From the NCBI GenBank assembly GCA_963770835.1, contig CAVYRH010000011.1, positions 224,001 through 288,000 on the forward strand: a stretch of 64,000 nt of DNA, read 5' to 3'. The notes under the pieces were generated by a model. The model was given only the letters and a program-made list of their open reading frames with translations, did no database searches and was not told the origin of the DNA. Both the position numbers and the translations under genes were made by a program. This document shows, in pieces, positions 61,801 through 64,000 of the stretch. The stretch is from an uncultured Pseudomonadota bacterium. Its GTDB lineage: Bacteria; Oederibacteriota; Muellerivitia; Muellerivitales; Muellerivitaceae. Every line of letters starts with the position of its first letter. Position 1 is the stretch's first letter.

Positions 61801-64000
61801 ACTTCCCCCCCTACTTGGTGCTTTTCCGTGTCGATACCCATGAGCGCGAGAATGTTCCCGAGTTTTTCCCTTTCCACCGGGCCGTTAATATTGATCTCGC
61901 TATCGGAATCCCAAAAAGCCTTGGGTGATTCCAGTGTTCCGGAAAGGGTGTAATTCGCCTGACCTCGCACTAATGAAAACTTAGGGTCGATTTTGGATTT
62001 GTTGCCTTCAAAAGAAAATTCCATCCGATCGAAGTTATATTTTTGGATGACTCCATCCGTAACCGTGAAAGATCCCGCCATGGGTAATTCGTCGAAAGTT
62101 CCCTTTTTCAGTTTGAGTTCACCTGAAATTGTTCCCGACATTTTCATGGACTTCGGGAGGAATTGCGTCAATTCCGGGACTTCGGTTAACAAAGAGGGTG
62201 CAATTTTAAAAATTCCCTTCAACGTCGTTTTCGGTTCCGAAGCGTCCAAAACCGCCGAACCACTGATGTTTTTTCCGAGTTTGAACTCGCCATCCAAAAC
62301 CAAATCCTCGCAATTAGCCGCCATGGAAAAATCATCGAAAGAATAAACATTGCCTTTCAAGTCTTTGAGGGTAAAAGCGGGCGTTGAGAAATTACCATCC
62401 CAATTGGCCCAGAAAGGATCACCGGTGGATTTGGCATCTAACGAAAATTCCCCGGTAAGGAATGGTCCCCTCCCGAGTTGAAACCCACGGGATGAAAAGT
62501 GAAGGGCCATCAAACCCGACTGGGGCCGGGTGTCCCACGAACCTGTTATAGCCAGGAAATTTTCGGCTTGTTGGAGCTTTAGTTTTTTCACCAAAAGTTT
62601 GCCTTCAACCATATTTAATGAAGCGTTGACCTGGTCGGCATGCCAATCCCCGATGTTCAAGTCATTGATCGCGATATCATCCCCTTCCACGATGGGGTTT
62701 TTCATCAACCCGGAAAGATGAAGGTGGCCGGTGATAAAGCCTTCAAAAGGCTGGGGCGGATTGTTCCATTGGGTGATTTCAGCGATCAATGGCATCGGAA
62801 ACCCGTCGGCTTTTATCTTCAGATCGAGGGGGGATTGGGGGCTGAAGCCTAATTGGCCGGAGGCCGAGAAAATATTTCCGATTTGCAATTGGTCAAAATG
62901 GAGCTCGCCGGGTTTCCAGGTAAGGTTGGCGATTAGCGGCTGGGGTTCCAGCCCCTTGACGGAAGCCCCCTCCGAAGCCTTGATCGTTACCGCGTTTGAC
63001 GAGAGGGTGGCCGTGGAAACCGGATCTTTCTTCGTTCCTCCTACCTTCACATTAATGTTTACATTTCCGCTGATATCCGGAAATTGGTCGTGAAAAAACT
63101 GGGCCTCCTCCAAGGATGCGCCTTGACCTGAGATTTCAATTTGAATGGGCTTGTCGTCGGCCTTCGGCAGGATGCCCTTGCCCGACCACTTACCGGGCCC
63201 CTGTCTTTTTCCCGAGGAAATGGAAAATTTTTCCAATTTCCAATCCTCGGGTTCTTCCGTAAAGGCCGCTTCCAAACGGGATTTTTCGTTGAGGGTGGCT
63301 GAAACAAGAAGTTTACCGTCCTTCAACTGGGCGCTGTGGCGGATGCGGTATTGAACCACTGAGTCCCGAAGGGTCCGCGTCAAATCCATCTCTCCAGTGG
63401 TCGAAAAAACGTATTTCTCCCGGGTTCCACCATAATGAAGTTCCTCATTGATGGTTCCTTGGGTTTGGGAAATTCCTAGGATTGAAGCGGCTTTGTTCGC
63501 TGCCACGTCCACTAAGTTGACCCGAAGCGAAACAGGGGCATCCGGTTGGTTCAATAAAGAAATTAGGCCATCGGCCGTAAAGGACCCGCCCATCAACTTG
63601 CCCTCGACCGACTCGAAATAAAGGATTTGTTTTTCGAAATGCCCCTTGACCTCGAAAGAATCCACCGGCCACTGGTTCAATTTGGACGCGCCCAAGCTTG
63701 CGTTTCCGGTGACGACCGGGTCCTGAAGGGGCCCCGTAACCGAAAGGGTCGCCGACCCGGTGCCCTCGGTCTTGATCTGGTTGAGCTTAAAGATGTCGTT
63801 GATGACGGTGGAAAGGTACAACTGGTCCGTAGAGGAATGGACCGAGAGGGGCCTTCCATCCAGGGGGACAAGACCCGCGGCCTTCCATTGGGTTTCGCCG
63901 ACTTGGTAACTGATGCCGGTGGGAATATTGATTTCCGTGGGCCGCAGGATGGCCCGGCCCGAAATGTTGGAAAAAGTGATGAGAACCGGGCCGGGGGTTT
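58890..64000 (-). pseudogene. tamB: TamB/AsmA-like (bridge-like, DUF490-type) large protein, 5' truncated by the window edge and broken by many frameshifts; 3' end approximate
   Basis: Open frame from the window edge to 61095 with repeated beta-taco motifs (LSVTGPLQDPVVTG, VKVGGTKKDP, HLSGLMKNPIVEG, VAGPFSAP). Continues in ORF 60448-61137 (HIGGTLDNPDV) and fragments (VRVDFNGT..FKLSSQP). Directly upstream of bamA. Confidence 0.7.

Overview
Chromosomal window from a diderm bacterium, almost all on the minus strand. It has BamA, a TamB/AsmA-like gene and outer-membrane barrels, but its housekeeping synteny is Firmicute-like, which suggests a poorly characterised lineage (inference only). Core blocks: rplU-rpmA-obgE-proB-[J-TPR, dnaK paralog]-nadD-comFB-rsfS; DUF177-rpmF-plsX-fabHDG-acpP-fabF-rnc; recG-rsmD-coaD and rpmB; tsaC-LMW PTP-rpiB; purB-S-Q-L-F-M-N-H-D; bamA-surE-nifU; tRNA-Gly(CCC). 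The most interesting content is an envelope set that resembles a rearranged type IX secretion (T9SS)-like export and anchoring system. It comprises three PorV/PorQ-like barrels (two fused to FN3/TPR or FlgD-Ig/OmpA domains), a TPR plus beta-propeller lipoprotein, a multi-TPR protein, a reduced TonB-dependent-receptor-like barrel, and a ~1900 aa lectin protein with a ~1000 aa TxTx repeat stalk and tandem T9SS-CTD-like domains. Also notable: an apparently active/inactive pair of O-antigen-ligase-TPR genes inside the pur operon, and a lidless Hsp70 plus J-TPR module where proA normally sits. Several +1 frameshifts (purL, DUF4321, tamB) look like uncorrected sequencing errors. No CRISPR array, rRNA or mobile element was seen. 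All family assignments come from motif recognition by eye, not database searches.
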